DNA of 63,606 nt, counting the filler, from Klebsormidium nitens (taxonomy: Eukaryota > Plantae > Klebsormidiophyceae): the NCBI GenBank assembly GCA_000708835.1. It is 8 parts of 8 records of this genome, joined end to end, with 100 filler letters (N's around TTAATTAATTAA, not from the genome) between each part and the next. Parts side by side here need not be neighbours in the genome. Positions count along the whole stretch, not along the records: positions 1 to 27,792 come from DF237810.1; positions 27,893 to 35,612 come from DF238280.1; 6 more parts are not named here. The stretch is one strand, 5' to 3'. This document shows, in pieces, positions 23,401-35,580 of the stretch (its first letter is position 1; each line of letters opens with the position of its first letter). The position numbers were made by a program, and so were the translations under genes. The notes below the pieces were generated by a model. The model ran no database searches and had not been told where the DNA came from. It saw nothing but the letters and a program-made list of their open reading frames with translations.

Positions 23401-25253
23401 TCATTATGCCGACTGCTGGAAGCAAAAGGTTACAACACGCTCCAGTTGCCTTCGTTGCCGTCTTTTTAAACGACTCTCAATCAGCTGACCTCTTCCAACG
23501 AAACCAGGGTTTCAGAATGTGCCAGGTTTTCTGTCTGAATCTGCCTGGCAAAGCTTCTCCTGTCAAACAGGATGCCACCATGCGTATCGCCGCTTATTTC
23601 TGACGCACCTGTTACCATGCTCCTGGTGTAACGCCCGCAAATCGTGCTCCTCTTCGGGCGTCCATTTCCGCTGCAAGAAGAGGACGCGACCACGTGTCAG
23701 TCCCCTGGCGGTCCACGTGTCTTCCAGCATTGAAGCACTTGAGAGACTCGGTATGGGGAATCTGTCTGTTTATTGAGGGCTCTCACTCGCAGAAGCTGCA
23801 AGCGCCGCCTCTCCCTGCGGCGCTCTCGTAGAAACATCCGCTGAGACCGATGTATCGTTTCGCCAGCTAGCATTCTGGAGCCTTTTCGTGCAACTGACGT
23901 CAGCGTCTGCGCTCATCCTCTCTGAGCGCCGAAGCCGCTCACGGGCCGTGACTATGGGTCGATCGTATGTTGTTTGAAGGACACTTCATGTATCATTCCC
24001 TGGTGATGTCGTTTTAAGTAATCACGAGTGCCTGTTTGGTGCGGCACCGTTTTAAGTGAAAAAACTGCCGGGCTTCTCAAAAATATGAGAGTACTACTGA
24101 CGTCAGCATCTGCTGGAAGACCCGCTGACGTCACGGTCCTTCTGAGGACTCCGTGGAGAGCTACGACTACTCGAAGACGGTGCACCGTGCCCATCAAGTA
24201 GCTGCCACCTAAGAACAACCATCCGCACTGCTGACGTCGGCGCCTGAGCTCAGATTGGCACTGCTGACGACGTCGAACCGGGGGCCTCACCGAGGCCAGT
24301 TGCGGGTCGAGCGCGGTGCGCCACCGGTGTCGGCACTTTTTGGCGGACCGTTTGCCGAGCAGCGCACGTGCGGCTGCCTCCCAGTCGGTCGTCTCGGGGG
24401 ATCCCCCGACAAACGCCGCCAAAATCGCGTCTTCTTCCTGACATCGAACGGCAGAGGTTTCGCTGGTTAGGAACCTTTGCTGCTTGTGGTTTTTGACAGC
24501 TCTGGAACCGCTCGGAGGTAATGGAATTTGTTGCGTGATCTATACGGGGCCTCTTTCTGGTCAGTTGTCTGAGAAAAGGCTGCCACTGGATTGCGTCGCT
24601 CCCTGCTTCTAGCATGGGATTGACGTTGGTCAGAAGCCTCTCCGATCCTGATTTCTATTCGAGGGATGGTGTTCGATGCGCTAGAGTTCTTTCGTCAACA
24701 TGAAAAGCTTCCTTGTCAGTGCTCGAGTCGACGGTCAGACAACGGCTCAGAAACGGGGGTTTCCGAAACAGTATAAGAGCGGGATGAAGATGTCAGAAAA
24801 AAGAGCGATTTGCCCTATATGAAAAGAAAGTCTCAAAAGAGAGGGTCACAAGCAACTCGTACGTACCAATGACTTTTGAGGACAGTTGGTCGTTTCCAGT
24901 CAACTCCACAACATCATCTACCCAGGAAAGGTGAAACTGACGGTCCCAAGGACTCGTGAAACCCACAGCTTTCCCTTAGAAAGCGCTGCTACTTCAGAAA
25001 GTCTGACCGTCTCTGAAATAGAGACAAAACCAAGATGGGTTACACAGGGCTGAAAAAGAAGGATGAGCTTAACCGTCCATTGAAACCAAAAGATGCAAAA
25101 AAAACCAAAAAGATGCAAAAAACAAGCGACTGACAAGCGGTTTCCGGGAGAGGAAAGTAAGCGCACCTTAGCCCATTTGGTGCGATTCTTGCCCGTGCGC
25201 AACTTTACTAGGACGTCCGAGTCCGAAGCGGAGTCTGGCTCCAAGACCCCTCC
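20424..25253 (-). CDS. R2R3-type MYB transcription factor-like gene; 5' end incomplete, 3' end uncertain
   Basis: Exons 25253-25167, 24437-24291, 23670-23609, 23152-23071, 22454-22393, 21972-20424 join in phase. R2: KWAK|EEDAILAAFV...DWEAAARALLGKRSAKKCRHRWRTALDPQL. R3: RKWTPEEEHDLRALHQEHGNR|WAAIAEKLPGRSQAAIKAHW, with the phase-2 intron at GNR|W typical of plant R2R3-MYBs. Long Pro/Ser-rich C-terminus. Confidence 0.82.
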
Positions 25254-25749
25254 CTGCAGATGCACGAAGACGACGTGAGCCAGACGCCCATGAAGGAAAA
25301 TCGACGCCAGGTTTACGCAAAGGTATGCTCAGATTCTTCTTGTCAGTGATTTTTCAAGTCAGAACCTTCGGCTGAAGGCACGAGTCTGGAAAAGGCTTGA
25401 GTCGATGCGTTTGGGAGGGTCAGCAAAGTAAGCTCGGATTCAAATCTTACAAAATGATATTGGTCATGTTTGGGTTAGAAGAGAAGCTAGTGTCTTTAGG
25501 AGCAGTGAGTCTTGATTTGAAACGACATGGTACCAACTAGATCAAACAATCTGGAATACGGTTGATCCCGTCAGCAATCGTCGTGCTAGAGCAAAGGGGC
25601 CTTCTCCTGCCAGCAAAAGCAAAAGATGAAGATTATCTGAAACCCTTTTCTTTTCAAGATTATCCAACCCCTCATACACCTGAAATTTCCTCAGTAAAGT
25701 GCTCGGTGCTGAAAAAGTGAAGCCCCTACATAAGAAGAGCCCAGAAATT

Positions 25750-26418
25750 TCATTGTCCACCTTTTTGAGACCGATATCCGCCTACATGTGTCGCTGTTGA
25801 CTCGCCTTGAGAGGCAGCCTTTTCACACTCTGCCCCTCCGCTGGTGTGAATGCCTCCCACGCAGGCAACTTTCTTCCCCATCCCCATGGTGTAAAACGGC
25901 CCCTGGTACCCTTCAGGAATACCTTTAACGCCCCCGTTTCCAAAGTCCCCCGCTCCCCTGCTGAGCACTTCTGCGCCCCCTCCTTGAGAACCCAGCGCCT
26001 TTGGCCGAGCATTGTTGGAATCCCCCCCTCCAACGCCAGGCAATTCTGACCCCCTCTCCTGGCAACCACCGGCCTTCAGGCGCGAAAACCAAGCGTCCCA
26101 GGTCTCGAGCACAGCTTGACTCATCACGGGCTGCAGTGCGTTGCCAAACTCCTCCACATGCGACGACATTCCCTTGAATCCACCCAAATTTGATTGGCTG
26201 ATGCGAGAAGCAGATTGCTCCGAATCGCCGGCTTCTCTTCTGATGAAGGGGCCCTCTTGGGTTTTGTACAAGTCCCCTGCTTCTTTGCTGGTTATGCTCG
26301 CAATGCTCCTGAGAAGTGGACACCGTTTCTCCCTCTCACTAAAATTGAACCCCACTCTCAAGCAATCCCCACCAAAACTTGCGCCGTTACAAAAGTCCCC
26401 AGGTGTGGAGTACTCCAA
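25750..26418 (-). CDS. 222-codon ORF, possibly an upstream exon of the MYB gene
   Basis: Open frame just upstream of the MYB exons on the same strand; no recognisable domain and the splice link was not resolved. Confidence 0.3.
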   Translation of the reverse strand: MEYSTPGDFCNGASFGGDCLRVGFNFSEREKRCPLLRSIASITSKEAGDLYKTQEGPFIRREAGDSEQSASRISQSNLGGFKGMSSHVEEFGNALQPVMSQAVLETWDAWFSRLKAGGCQERGSELPGVGGGDSNNARPKALGSQGGGAEVLSRGAGDFGNGGVKGIPEGYQGPFYTMGMGKKVACVGGIHTSGGAECEKAASQGESTATHVGGYRSQKGGQ

Positions 26419-27792
26419 TAGGTGATTGACGCCGCCGCTCGAAAGAGAGACTGCTTAGCCCACGCCAGGGAAAAGGCTGTCAAAGGCCTTAAGGCAGGGC
26501 AGACTGTCAGGACTCGCCCTCAAGCCACTGCAAAAGAAAGTCCAACACAAATTGTGAGATAGTATCTGGTAGGACCTCTAACACGAGATGCAACTTCTTT
26601 TGGAAATGGTTTGCCAGCTGAATTTTTATGAATGAGAAGAGCTGGATAGTGTCAACTGGTGCTTGAGGACTGCCTGTCTGTGCAATCAATGGGTACGGCA
26701 GAGGCTCAATAATGCACATCCAACATTGATACAAGGAACCAAGTGACGCTCATGAAGCGGCAATATTCTGCTTTCAAATTGACTTTTGCAGCAGGGGTGC
26801 CCGCAATTGAAACCCTGTTCAGCTCAGGCTTCGTGTAAAGGGATATATAATTGTGAAGAGACTCTCCATTGGCAAGCAGCAATGTCAGAGTTGGCCCTTC
26901 AAAAAACACACTTATGTGGACGCACAATATTGTGGCCTATCCGCGGTAGCCTGATCTATAACGGTGTCACTTACAATAAGGTTTGATCACAAAATCGGAT
27001 GGCGGACCGACCTAACAGGACTCGCCCCTACAAAACAAGAGTTGCTGCGTCCCGCGTGTGAACTCTTGTTGGCAGCCCAATCAACAAGTGGCCTAGCAGA
27101 CGTCCCCGTGGTTCGAAAAGACAACCCAAGACATGCTAATCCCTTCTGAGTTGCCAACCTCCTCTCTTGCTTGATGCTGCCTAAGTGACCCTTCCTTCTC
27201 GGTGTATCCTGTTCAACTTTCTCAGTGAAATGATTGACACACGAGCAGCCCAGCGAAATGAAACCAACCCTTCTTGGCAAAGTAGCTTCTGTTTATACCC
27301 CATATCTCAACTGAGATTCAGGTTTAGTAAGCTCATGGCATGAGGCGCTGAATGTATAGAGGTTGTCTGGACATCATACTACAATAGCCAAACCAACAAA
27401 TAATTGTCCGAATAGGGCACTCTATAGACCATACTTTTTGCTCTTCAAAGGTGCAGAGTGCAAATGCTGACCTGGACATCATGTGAGAGGCACAAACAGC
27501 ATCAATGACGTAGAACATAATCTGCAAAAGGGTCAAAAATGTTCAGCTGCGGTGATGGGTAGGCTTAATTCGCTTAGCCTTCACTTCAGTCCTACCGCAG
27601 TCCTTAGAGAAGGTCATGTCCCATCATACATCGCAAAATTTCCAATGAACCGACCAGGTGCCGCACTCATGCCGACCAGGCATCTCCAGTGCCGCACTCA
27701 TGCCGTTAACTGCCGACCCCCTGCCGACCCCTGCCGTTCGGCGCTGTGTTTGCCGCAACGCCTGCCGCATGATGCCGGCAGTGCCTATGGCT

Positions 27793-27892
27793 NNNNNNNN
27801 NNNNNNNNNNNNNNNNNNNNNNNNNNNNNNNNNNNNTTAATTAATTAANNNNNNNNNNNNNNNNNNNNNNNNNNNNNNNNNNNNNNNNNNNN
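27793..27892. other. Assembly gap with an artificial TTAATTAATTAA linker; same at 35657, 42780, 47373, 53699, 56552 and 61893
   Basis: Identical 12-mer centred in N runs at seven places. Confidence 0.97.
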
Positions 27893-29911
27893 GGACAAAC
27901 TCCGGAAACAGGCACCAATGCACTGGAAGGGGTGGTGTGAGTCACTGCGCCCACCATGAACTCCGGCACTCTGCCAATTGACTGGCATGCACGATAGCCA
28001 TTGGATATGTGCTGAATTCTTGTGAGAGCTTCCTTCCAAAACCAAACCCGTCAGACTCGGAAGCAGCGGCACTTGCAAAAATCTGCTTCCACCCTTCAAA
28101 CTGAAGCAACGCCTTGCCTGACAAATGAAACAACCTGGGAAGCAAAGGGAGCTATCCAAACACATACCAAAGTGGATCACCATAACCACCTGCAGCAACA
28201 AAGTCTTCCAGAGAGAACTACCATAGCAACATGGGGGGAAGGGTGCAGAGAAGCATGTGACTCACCAGTTCCTGTGGTGCTTGGACCCGCAGCCGCTGCA
28301 CAAGGCCAAAACTGATTTGTCAGCGCGAATGCAATAGAGTCTTCGACAAGCACGCTGCAGAGGTTCAGATGACCAGCAGCAATGCCATGCTCAAGCCCGC
28401 TTTGGGGTACTCAGCAGCCAAGATAAGACAGAATTAAGGTGGCGCATGTCCACAATGAGCTTGGATGTATTGCCACTGCTGACTCACAGAAAAAGCAAGC
28501 ATCCTGGATCAGTTTAATGCAGCAAGCAGAGTCAGTATGAATGCTTCTGCCAGGCAAACTTCCATACCAAACACCGAGCTCAGCTTAAGCCTTCTTCTGC
28601 AAACAAAGAAGAAATGAGAATTGGCTTCTTACCTAGGCGGGGCAGCACAATCTTGAAGCGGGAGCCATCTTCAAAGCTCTGCCGCTCAGTTAGATCCAAG
28701 GCATCCCAGACCCCTTGCTTTTGATCCCACAGAAAACAACTACAATCTGGAAACGCTCCTGCAGCCACTCTTCGACTGCCTGCTGCTTGATGGTGGCCGA
28801 AGTGTCGCAATCAAGAAACTTAACCCGGTCTGCTTCACTCTCCACAACAATGTAGAAAATCTTCATGCCTTCCCTGCTCCTGCAGTCTGGTTTTATCCTC
28901 TTGTGGGGATAAAGGGGGACTGTATCGAAATCTGAAACAGAAGGCCTCCAGCTCAAGCTTCACGTGGCTTGGCCCATTGCAAATTGCGTAGTCCTCCTGT
29001 TCAATGCGTGGCACACCGAGCTCAGCATTCGAAGCACCAAGACACGCCTCTAGTATCTAGAGCCCTAACCATGCTAGGAGGTGAAGACCATGGGCAACAG
29101 CAGAGAGTGAACACCAATGGCCACGGGCATACCTCAAAGGTAACGCGCGGCGAGCCTCGCACTGCCGCGCACTTGACATTTCAGCAACTAGCCAGCTCAA
29201 CCTGTGTAACGGGTGACCTCCAAACCGGCATAAAATTGGCCAGTCCCGTGCCGCCACGTGTCCCCCCTCTCCGTCTCAGCCGGTCACCTCTGTCCCGACC
29301 GGGTCAGTTCCCGAGTGGGACAGTCGGAGCCTGGAGGGACAAAATTCCGGCCCCACGTTGAATTACGTAGTGTAATCTGGTGAGAGGGGCAAGAAATCCC
29401 GCCAAAACCCTGCCCGCACTTTAACTTACGTATTATATCCTGGTGAGAGTTCGGTACGTATGAGCGTGAATCTGCGACACGTGGACGTCTTTTCGATACG
29501 TGGACGCTTCTCAGGCCTTTGGGAGTCGACAAAGTCCTGACCGAGCGGCAGACTGCACCCTATAAATTCCGAATTTCGGGTCGCAAATCTTCATTCATTC
29601 ATTCTTCATTCTTCATTTCCAGCTTCCATACCTTCACAACAAGCAGCAGGCCGCCTACTCCGGACTTCGGGCCTAGTGACGCGCCGAGCAGCGCAGACTT
29701 GCAAGCAAAAGCCCGATTCTAGATACAGCAAAAGTGTACTTAGGGCCATAGCTTTCAATAGAAGCCGGCTCGCCCGCCCATTCAGCAACTCCGGACCCAG
29801 TTTCGCGCCGACCAGCACCTACTTGCGAGCGAGGGCCCGATTCTGGAATAAGCGACAGTGTGCTAAGGGCCATAGCTTCCAATAGAACCCGGCGCGTGCA
29901 GCAAACCAACC

Positions 29912-31377
29912 ATGACGACCAGCCTAAACCGCAGCTCGGACTCGGACTCGGAGTCATTGGAGGCAACTGTGGACCGGAATATTGAGTCGGAGCCAAACAG
30001 CGCCTCAGAGGCAAAGGATGGCGAGAGCTTGGAAGGGATGGAGTTCGAGGACAGGTCGGTGGCTGGCCCGCGACTCTGCTGCTTCGCTTGAGGAATTTCT
30101 CGATGACGCCGACTCGAGCGACTGTGGGGAATCCACAGTGTTCTATGCTGCGCTTGACAATGCAAGGGAGGCACATGTCAGTGAAACGTTTTTTTCTAAA
30201 GCTTACTTCCTGTCAAACTGCTAGCCGGGTTATCGTTAGCCTAGTGAAAGCAGTATGCAGCAGGCGTAGCACATGATACAACCTTCGTTTAAATGATCCG
30301 GCGCTGCCGCATCCCTGGGGCATTTTGAGCGCTGGCACGCAATAGCAGATTAGTCCAGGTGCAACCGCTGCAATCAGACTTTTTCGAGATTGCCCAAGCG
30401 AGCATCAGACCTGCCCTTAGCCACAAAGATGTTAATCCACCTGTCAACCTCTGCAGATTGATTCGGCCAAATTGCTTGAAGGCCAGAAGAACTTCTGCGT
30501 CGAAAGAAGGAAGAGGACCCGCGACGATGAGAAGGGCAGCAACATCGCAGAGTCTGTACCGAAAAAAACAGGGCGGAAAGAACAGAGAAGGTCCCGACGG
30601 AAAGCTGCTGGTAGTGATCATGCAGAGGTAGGCTCATCAACAACTCAGAATAAGCCGACTCCTCTGACTGTTCTTCATAGAAGACGGAGGATGCGCCAAG
30701 TTCTACTCTCTGAAAGTTCAGACGAAACAATTTGAGAAACACTTTTCAGCTGGCTGTAACAGTTCAGAGTGTGGTTTTTTCGTGCTGATTTATTGTCCCG
30801 AGCAAGCCATCTTTCAGCAGCAGATTGAAATAGTTAATCAAGGAACATGTGTGAGGCTGTTAGACTTCGTCCATCTTACCCCTCAATTATCAAATGCGTG
30901 GCGGTAGAAAGTAGATGCCAGGAGATGTCGAGCTTACATCCTGATGTTCAGAGTTGATTCAGCATTGAGATGGTTGAACGTCATTCCTGATGCTGGTTTA
31001 CAAACCTAAGCTTGTGCGCTTCTCTTTTATTGATGCAGCCTTCTTCGTTGCTGCCAAACGAGATGGCAGTTGCCTCCACCCGTCCTCCCAATCATGAGAA
31101 GCCTACCTCAAGTCTCCCCAACAGCGAGCGACTCATTCGACCTCCGTCCTCATCATCCCCCTTTGATGAGGACGTGGAAGCGGAAGAAAGAGCCATTGAG
31201 TCGCGCTCTGAGGTTGGAGACCAGTCTGCCACGTCGAGCGAGTGGGGCGATCGTCCTGATGACAACGATACTACGTGGGACTCGGACGATGAGGGTGATT
31301 TTGAGGAGCTGCGCGAGTTCTTTGGGGTCTGCCGCATCGATCTCGGGTTCGAGCGCGATTGCACGGAGCTGGAACAG
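29912..31377 (+). pseudogene. Acidic/basic low-complexity coding-like segments, possibly 5' exons of the spliced Prim-Pol gene
   Basis: MTTSLNRSSDSDSESLEA... shifting frame into SLEEFLDDADSSD; Lys/Arg-rich ORF 30472-30735; acidic ORF 31012-31422 with a CAG|GTATGC donor near 31377. No full phase-consistent model was obtained. Confidence 0.3.
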
Positions 31378-31499
31378 GTATGCCCGCTCTCTGCAATTGA
31401 AAGTTCTGCTTGCTGTATCTGAAAGTTGTTCAAGGTGTACCTCTTAGCGCTCCCTTCAAGGGTGTAGAACTGGAATCATCAACCGACCGCGAAGAAATT

Positions 31500-34400
31500 G
31501 TCCAAGTGTCCCAAGGTTTTGCCAAACTTTTTCTGGGGAAACTTTTTCTGATGTCACCATCCCCATTCTCAGAGATTGTCTCGGCCACAATGTCTGGACA
31601 ACTAGACAGTCCTGTATCCGCTGCAGTTTCTCTGTGCTCCTGTCACTTTTCTCAGACAATCTATTTTCGATTGGTACACTGTCCACATGTCCAAGGGTTT
31701 ACTGAAAACTTTTTTGAGGGAATTTCCTTGCTGACGTCATCGCCCCAGTTCCTAGACGACTCGTCCACAAAGTCTGGACAGCCGTGCAGTCCATATTTCT
31801 GCTGGAATGTCGTTCGGTGTTTCTGTGCTCTTGACACTTGAGAGACCAGACTCGATACAAGTGTGTCCACGTGTCCAAGCTTTTGCCGAACTTTTTGGTG
31901 AAAAACTTTTGCTGACGTCACCTTTTCTTCCGACGGGGCGTGCTTGAGTGCAAGTGCTTGGCTCGTCAAGGGCAGGCTGATCTGAAGTCCAGCTCTTCTC
32001 TCTGCAGGGACCGAGCCCGGCTCTTGAGGCCCCTGTACCGAGTATCGACCCCATCCTGGCCGCCGCTCATCATTTTCACAGCCTCGGCGTTGTGACAGTC
32101 ACCCACGACCTCTTCGAGAAGGCGTTTTCAAACGGTCAAGTCCGGAAGCAGCCATGCAATTGGGCCTCTGACAAGTTGTGAAAGGAGGTAAACCTGGGCA
32201 ACTGCCTCCAGGAGTTCGCCAAGCCTGGACGCAACTCCATCGCCATCGTCACGGAGCAGTCTGACATCTATGCGCTCGACGTGGACGTCAAGGACGGGGG
32301 CTTTGAGGCGCTGGAACGAATGGTCACGGAGAACGACGTTTTTCTGGATGACACGCCCCATGTAATCACCGGCAACGGGGGGCTGCACCTTCTTTTTTCC
32401 TTGTCCAAATCTGAGGAGGCTGGCCTGCTTAACTCTAGCAACAGGGCCAGAATTCTGTACTCGGGCGAAGCGGTGGGCATCGTTGTACGTGGCAGGGGCG
32501 GAATGCTGTACACCGCTCCCAGCAGCTACAAGGGCGTTGATGGCATCCGTCGGAGCTACGAGTGGAAAGAGGAGATTCTTCCCGACCGCTCCAATCTTCG
32601 GGCCGTTCCAGACTGGCTCATCCGCATCTTGAACGGCAGCGGCGAAGCGCCAAGCGAACGTGGGCGGATGGCTCGGGGTGGAGATGGGGCCCGGTACGTG
32701 TGACTTGATGCTCTTTTCATTCTGCGTCAGACAGATGTTTGATACAAGAAACTGGTTGATTCGGCATGTGGTTTTAGTCGGTAGAGCTGACTGAGCATGT
32801 CCTAGTTGTCCAAGCTTCAGCGCACCTTTTTGGTGTCTTTAAGAAGTGACGTCAGCAAAGGCGATTGAAAAGCATTGAATTTATCTACTCTCCCCACGCG
32901 TCTATAGATCTGGGAGTGTTAGCAAGACCGTTGAAATGTTTATCGAGCTGCTGCAAATATCTCACCAATTGTCGCAGTCCTCAGCACTTGCCTCCACTTG
33001 AAGGGTATCAATCGATGATAGCCACTAGACCTTGTAACTGGCGACCAGTGGCGCACATGCCACACTCCTCTGATTGGAAATTGGGTCCGTTTCTGTTGGG
33101 TTCAAGCGCACTGCCGATCTTGCTTCTGCCAAAGACTCGGCGTCTCTCGCTCTTTGTTTGCAAAGCCTACTTCTGATCCGTTCTTTGAAAGGTGCTAGCA
33201 ACTACAATCCAATTTCCCTGGATTTTTACAACAAAGCGCCTTGCTTTTATGCAGTAAGCCGCAGACTGTACCTATCGGACCTCCTCGTCCGATCGAAGAC
33301 CCTCGGCTGACTCCCCCAGCAGCGGTTTTGGAGCGCGTCAAGGCCTGTGTGGCTGCCACGGGCGACACCGCCTCCTGGTTCGATCGCCTCAAGATGGGCG
33401 ACAGCGGGCCAATGTACGTCTTTCGAGTGGCTGCCCCCCGACGCTGCCCGTACGGCAATCACCACGACGGTTCCAACAACTTCTCTGTGCTCGTGCGCAA
33501 GAGGGACCTGCTCTATTGTTGCAACAGCTCGGAGTGCCAAGGGGTACGCCCCTTGCTGAAGATTGGGGAGCTCACGCGCTCGGAGGCGATGAGTGGGGGC
33601 GAGACTCGCGCTTTCGGTGCTGATGATGTCAGCGCGATCAACAGCCTGCACAAAAGATTCGTGGACGCCTGGGCCTTTGAGGGAGACGTCGGCGGCAGCA
33701 AGATTGTCGGTGAGATGTACGCAGGCAGCGGCAGGTGAGAATTTTACGAGATACACAAGGAGCCACTTCAGCGACACCTTCAGAAAATCTTTTAAATTGT
33801 CGACGGCTCTTCTCAAACACTTGGACAGCATACGGCGGTTTTGGATTGGATACTCAAGTAGTTCTCTGTGCGCGGTGAAGTGTATTCCTGGACGCTTGAA
33901 GCATTTACGTTTAGCCGAGGAGCCTTGGACGCCCCCGCACTAACGTCTAGGGTTGTGAAACGTGCCCAGCAGAGGGTGGAAGCTGCTGACGTCATCAGAT
34001 TTCAGCCCCCCGTCTTTGCGGCTTTGTCTAGGTGTCCAAGGCTCATTACGAACCTTTTTGTTGTCAGACGGGGTCTAGCAATCTTCACGTCTGCTCGGAT
34101 GCACAAGCTGCCATTCGAGAAGCTTCCGTTTTAGCTTGTGTGTCTAAGTGTCCAAGGTCTACCACCAACATTTCTCGCGACCACCAATTGCTAACGTCAT
34201 TAGTGTTTGGGCCAGTCTTTGCGTGTCCAGATGTCCAAGGTTCATCGTCGATTTTGTGTGGGCACCAAACGCTGTCATCATCGTGCTTTTGCTCTGTTGA
34301 GAATACGTCTACTGCCAAACTGGACAGCTTGGACACTAACTGAACGCTGATCCAGACAGGAGTAGATTACCATCACTTTAGTAGCACTCAGGCTTCAATG

Positions 34401-35580
34401 GTGACGTCAGCAGAAAGGAGTCCAGATTTTTTTAAAAATAACCTTGGACACTTGGACAGCCGACATTCATTTCCTCTTTGTTGTTGCCTTTGCAGGTTGT
34501 GCTTTGATGGTGAATGCTGGCACTATTGGGACGGGCGGCGCTTTGTAGCTGATGAGAAGAGTGCATTCTTTGTGAAGAACGTACTTATCAATCAACTGAG
34601 GATCGTCTACAAGCAAGTGCGGGACGAATTGAGCGCAGCGATTGAGACAACCCGGGATGAGGAACAACGAGAGGTCCTACAACAGCAGTTGAAGCATTTG
34701 CGCACGTACAACAACAGCCGAGAGATGGGCAGTACCTTGGACCTCGCCCGGGGGGAGCTGTTTGTCCCCAATTTCATCCAACAACTGGATGCAAACCCGG
34801 ATGTACTGAACACCAAGAATGGCGTGCTCCTTTTGAGAACCGGCATGCTCGATGCACACAGGCCCGAGTACATGTGCTCAAAGATTGCGGAGACGGACTT
34901 CATGGTGAGCCCCACTTTTGTCTTGGATCGACAACCAAGCCTTTGACAAAGCATGCTCTGATTTACGAGGTTTACAACTCTTTCAGGTGCCGAGCAGGTT
35001 CGCTGCAACTGTCTGTGTGGATACAGCAATTGACACTTCGTCTGCAGGATAGATTGGCATCCTGAATTGCCAGATCTACCTTAACTGTGTTGCACATTCA
35101 ATGTCTTTTTGAGATTATCCATTGTTGTTGGCGTTGGAGTCTTTTCTTTGTTTGCTAAAGCAACACGCGAGAAGCTGGAGGATTTGCATCATAAGATGCA
35201 TCTTATTTCTTTCTGCAGGAAATCGAGTACCCAACTCCGCTCGTTGATGCTTTCCTAAGCGACATCTTCAACCACGACTCTGAGCTGGTGGACTATATTC
35301 GGAAGTTGTATGGCTATGCTCTGAATGGTCATACCCGAGAAGAGATCTTCGTGCTCTTGCTTGGAGGTGGAGGTGAGCACTTAATTGATTGATGGGCGCA
35401 GCAGTTTGTTTAGCCGCAGAGCGCCAGAGCCTCCCGTGCTGACGTCATCTCGAGGACTTCCGATATGTTCAGCAAAAGCTTGTACACTTGGACAACCGCG
35501 GATTCGGTCGGTTTTAGGGGCTTATCCAAGTGTTCGAGGTCTTCCGGAAGATATTTTGGATTGGTTGTTGACGTCATCAA
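31500..35580. repeat. Dispersed bipartite motif TGTCC-N3-TGTCC ... about 50 nt ... TGACGTCA in introns and flanks of the Prim-Pol/D5 gene, both orientations
   Basis: Forward: 31681 to 31732, 31864 to 31913, 32798 to 32847. Reverse: 34402-34458 and 35440-35494. Half-motifs near 34030, 34140, 34225 and 34320. Confidence 0.75.
32008..35372 (+). pseudogene. Intron-containing bifunctional DNA primase/polymerase (Prim-Pol) + Zn-finger-like + D5/P4-family primase-helicase gene; in-frame TGA, truncated by a gap
   Basis: Exons 32008-32693, 33255-33734, 34496-34904, 35219-35372 with matching phases. Prim-Pol: IAIVTEQSDIYALDVDVKDGG, TGNGGLHLLF, RGRGGMLYTAPS. Cys/His motif CPYGNHHDGSNN...YCCNSSEC. D5_N: LDANPDVLNTKNGVL...HRPEYMCSKI. 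Pre-Walker A: LYGYALNGHTREEIFVLLLGGG. In-frame TGA at 32179-32181. Confidence 0.85.

Noticed and set aside
27837-27848. TTAATTAATTAA (overlapping PacI-like sites, stops in all frames) seen seven times
   Set aside because: Always centred in N runs; a scaffolding linker, not biology. ORFs running through these gaps are artefacts.
26500-28960. Exon-like fragments on the - strand (for example MKIFYIVVESEADRVKFL...FEDGSRFKIVLPRLG with a GTAAGA donor)
   Set aside because: Frameshifts and stops, no recognisable domain and no phase-consistent model; possibly a decayed gene or transposon.
32179-32181. Systematic methylation-driven C-to-T inactivation of the virus-like genes
   Set aside because: Only two stops fit (TGA 32179, TAG 43575) and the BRO stop does not clearly fit; too few events without a consensus alignment.
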